A stretch of 63,035 nucleotides of DNA, filler included, from Stramenopiles sp. TOSAG23-3 (taxonomy: Eukaryota), in assembly GCA_900128585.1 (NCBI GenBank). It is 12 parts of 12 records of this genome, joined end to end, with 100 filler letters (N's around TTAATTAATTAA, not from the genome) between each part and the next. Parts side by side here need not be neighbours in the genome. Positions count along the whole stretch, not along the records: positions 60,773 to 61,854 come from LT646531.1; positions 61,955 to 63,035 come from LT646532.1; 10 more parts are not named here. One strand, 5' to 3'. Below are positions 60,673 to 63,035 of this stretch, piece by piece. The position numbers and the translations under genes were made by a program. The notes under the pieces are model-generated. The model was not told where the DNA came from and did not search any database. It was given only the letters and a program-made list of their open reading frames with translations. Each line of letters starts with the position of its first letter. Within the stretch, counting starts at the first letter, position 1.

Positions 60673-60876
60673 NNNNNNNNNNNNNNNNNNNNNNNNNNNN
60701 NNNNNNNNNNNNNNNNTTAATTAATTAANNNNNNNNNNNNNNNNNNNNNNNNNNNNNNNNNNNNNNNNNNNNTTTTGGATTGCCCTCTTTGAACGTGCCC
60801 TCTTTGATTGCTTCCAGCGGCACCTCGTCATCCTCCCCGCTTTTTTTCATTATTGCTGACCCACAACAAGTTAAAC

Positions 60877-61854
60877 ATGTTGCCCGTCGAGTACGTCAAT
60901 ATTCTCCCAATACTATTGAAATTTGATATCCAGAAAAATCCAATGAAATTTTTACCAGAGCGGTGGTGTAAAGAGTGGAATGTACACCGCGAAACGAGGA
61001 TCACAGAAACTGGCTACACGTCAACGGAGGCAGCAGTGTGGATACAACAGCACAGTCGTTTGTACCCCGTGCTACTAACAGCCTACCAGGAATGTTTGGC
61101 GTTCGATGACGGGGGAGAGCAAAAAGAGCTGAATACAAAAGGCCAAGGAGCCTTCAGTGGTAAAAGAGCACAGCAAATATTTGCTAAACACAGCGCAGGC
61201 GTTCCACCGTACCGTTTGCCCGTCAGGCTAAACGATTTTATCGACCGGGTAAAGGACAGGCGAAGCGTGCGCTGGTCCGAAGACGCACAGATCGCAGCGG
61301 TCCATTTTTACCAGTTTACCAGAGAACAAGGTGGGTTGCCACCAAAGTACGAGCAGCTGTACGAGTCAGAATGGAACGAGCTGCAGGAAAAGAAGAAGAG
61401 CGCCGCAAAAGGAATCGAGCGAAAGATCAAGTGGACAAGAGATGTGTATACCGAATTAAAGGAAATCGCAAAGGAAGCGTACAGCCGTTTTCTGGACGAA
61501 GCAAGTTTGCAGTGGTTGGAAGAAAAATTACGCACAGAGCATGCAGAGAGAAAAAAATTGAAAAAGACTGCTCAGTTCAATAGTCTTATGGAAGAAGTTA
61601 AAAGGAGACGGGTAAGACAAGACGAACAAGCCCATCTTATACAGGAGAAAAGAGAATATGACAAAGAGCAGGAAATGATTCGCGTCAAACAGGAGATTTT
61701 GCGTCTCAAAGCTGAAGCCACTCGAAGGCGAAAAATTGAGGAGGAAAGGAAAAGGTTGGAGCTCGAAGCCGAAAGACGGCGCCATGAGCTTCTGGAAGAG
61801 GCGGCCAACACGCTGGATGAATCGTCGATGACTTCGACCGAAAGCAGTCTTATC
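60877..61854 (+). CDS. 3'-partial coiled-coil protein, unknown function
   Basis: ORF is open to the contig end and E/K/R-rich; start is uncertain. Confidence 0.65.
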
Positions 61855-62289
61855 NNNNNNNNNNNNNNNNNNNNNNNNNNNNNNNNNNNNNNNNNNNNTT
61901 AATTAATTAANNNNNNNNNNNNNNNNNNNNNNNNNNNNNNNNNNNNNNNNNNNNATAAAAAATAGTTTTCTAGCCGCCGGCCTATTCTTATCTAAAATTA
62001 TTAAACCGGCGGTGGGTGGTGCGTTATTAGACGCATTTCTGAGGAGTAATTCTGTCTTACTCTATACTCTATATTATTACCAATAATATCATAATTATTA
62101 TACTATTACCGGCAGCACAGCAGTAGAATTCATTCACGCATCTCCTCATGTTCTCATGGCCAACATTTGTTGTTGTAAAAAAAAATAATATTATTACTTC
62201 TTAATAATATACAGAGGAGGAAATTATCGAAATATAGAAAGCATTCTTACGTCGTATCACCTATTGCTCTATAGATTATACGTTTAGAA

Positions 62290-62940
62290 TTACTGCCAAT
62301 CGTCCTTATTAGGGGCCCGAACCTCTCGGCTATAGACAGGATAACGCAGGCGATGGCTAGATCCTGGTTCTAACAATTTCGTTGGCTTTGAACTTTCGTA
62401 CAGCACCTTCTCGCTATTGGAGACCAACAGGTCATGGAGGCCACGGCCCAGTTCTACTTCGACACGAGAGGATAACATACCAACGAGGCGAACAGAGTAA
62501 ATGGTTGGGCCAGGGCGTAAATTGTTTTTCAAGAACACTACTTTGACATACCGGCATGGAACATGACCTATTCTGATTTGATTTCTACGATTTTTTGCTA
62601 CAAAATTCAAGGTTTTTGCGAGTTTAAAGCTTTTTTTCCGATTTACATCGGAGAGATAAATTTGTACACCATCGCAGTCTTTGTTATCAATGTCAACGCT
62701 GGTAACAAGACCCGTCTCCTTCAATTTCAAAACAACGTACTCGGTTCCTACCCCTGTTGCAGTCCAGCAGTTTTTTCTGTTTCTAACCGACAAGTTCTTC
62801 GCTTCTTTCCCACAACCTTGACTGCTTCGATTCACTACCGTATATTTGAGCCGCCCAAACCCAGCACGAGCCGGAATACTACCGGGAGTGGCCTGGATAT
62901 TATCGTCGGGCACCACCTCGAGCTCTTCATTACCCGTCAT
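62290..62940 (-). CDS. Galactose-binding-like (discoidin/XRCC1-N-like) beta-sandwich protein
   Basis: SSQ..KNL..CW..EYVVLKL..VTSVDIDN..CRYVKVVF..IYSVRLVG pattern. Confidence 0.55.
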   Translation of the reverse strand: MTGNEELEVVPDDNIQATPGSIPARAGFGRLKYTVVNRSSQGCGKEAKNLSVRNRKNCWTATGVGTEYVVLKLKETGLVTSVDIDNKDCDGVQIYLSDVNRKKSFKLAKTLNFVAKNRRNQIRIGHVPCRYVKVVFLKNNLRPGPTIYSVRLVGMLSSRVEVELGRGLHDLLVSNSEKVLYESSKPTKLLEPGSSHRLRYPVYSREVRAPNKDDWQ

Positions 62941-63035
62941 ATTAGGGGGGCGTATGCTTGCATCCAGCTCACGAGTGACGACGAACGGGTCACGCTGGTT
63001 TAGCTTTCCATTCGGGCTAGTAGGAGGCTCTCTTG

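Overview
This is not one locus. It is 12 unrelated eukaryotic contigs: nine of about 6.5 kb in descending size, then three of about 1.08 kb. They are joined by artificial N44-TTAATTAATTAA-N44 linkers, and there is one internal scaffold gap at 51293-51395, so adjacency across linkers means nothing. The genome is compact and intron-poor, with AT-rich, microsatellite-laden intergenic DNA and GT-AG introns in at least one gene. It is probably a protist MAG/SAG; a stramenopile-like origin is inferred only from the mitochondrial CPS III-type enzyme. Recognisable genes: fused carbamoyl-phosphate synthase, organellar Der GTPase, GluRS and uS17, SNW1, PFKFB, a PiT phosphate transporter, BSD, BTB-RCC1, Mpv17, papain-family and Ntn hydrolases, DUF5672, a PC-esterase/SGNH protein, and several ankyrin, WW, LRR and coiled-coil proteins. 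Most notable: (1) an intronless Macro-like + antiphage-type SIR2 NADase fusion on a contig with a FAM151-like phosphodiesterase and another bacterial-looking gene; (2) a ~370-bp foldback between two divergent glycan-modifying genes, one of which is split by a frameshift in a G12 tract; (3) a dispersed TIR-bounded, modular MITE-like family at about 10 loci on 5 contigs. All family calls come from motif recognition by eye; no searches were run.
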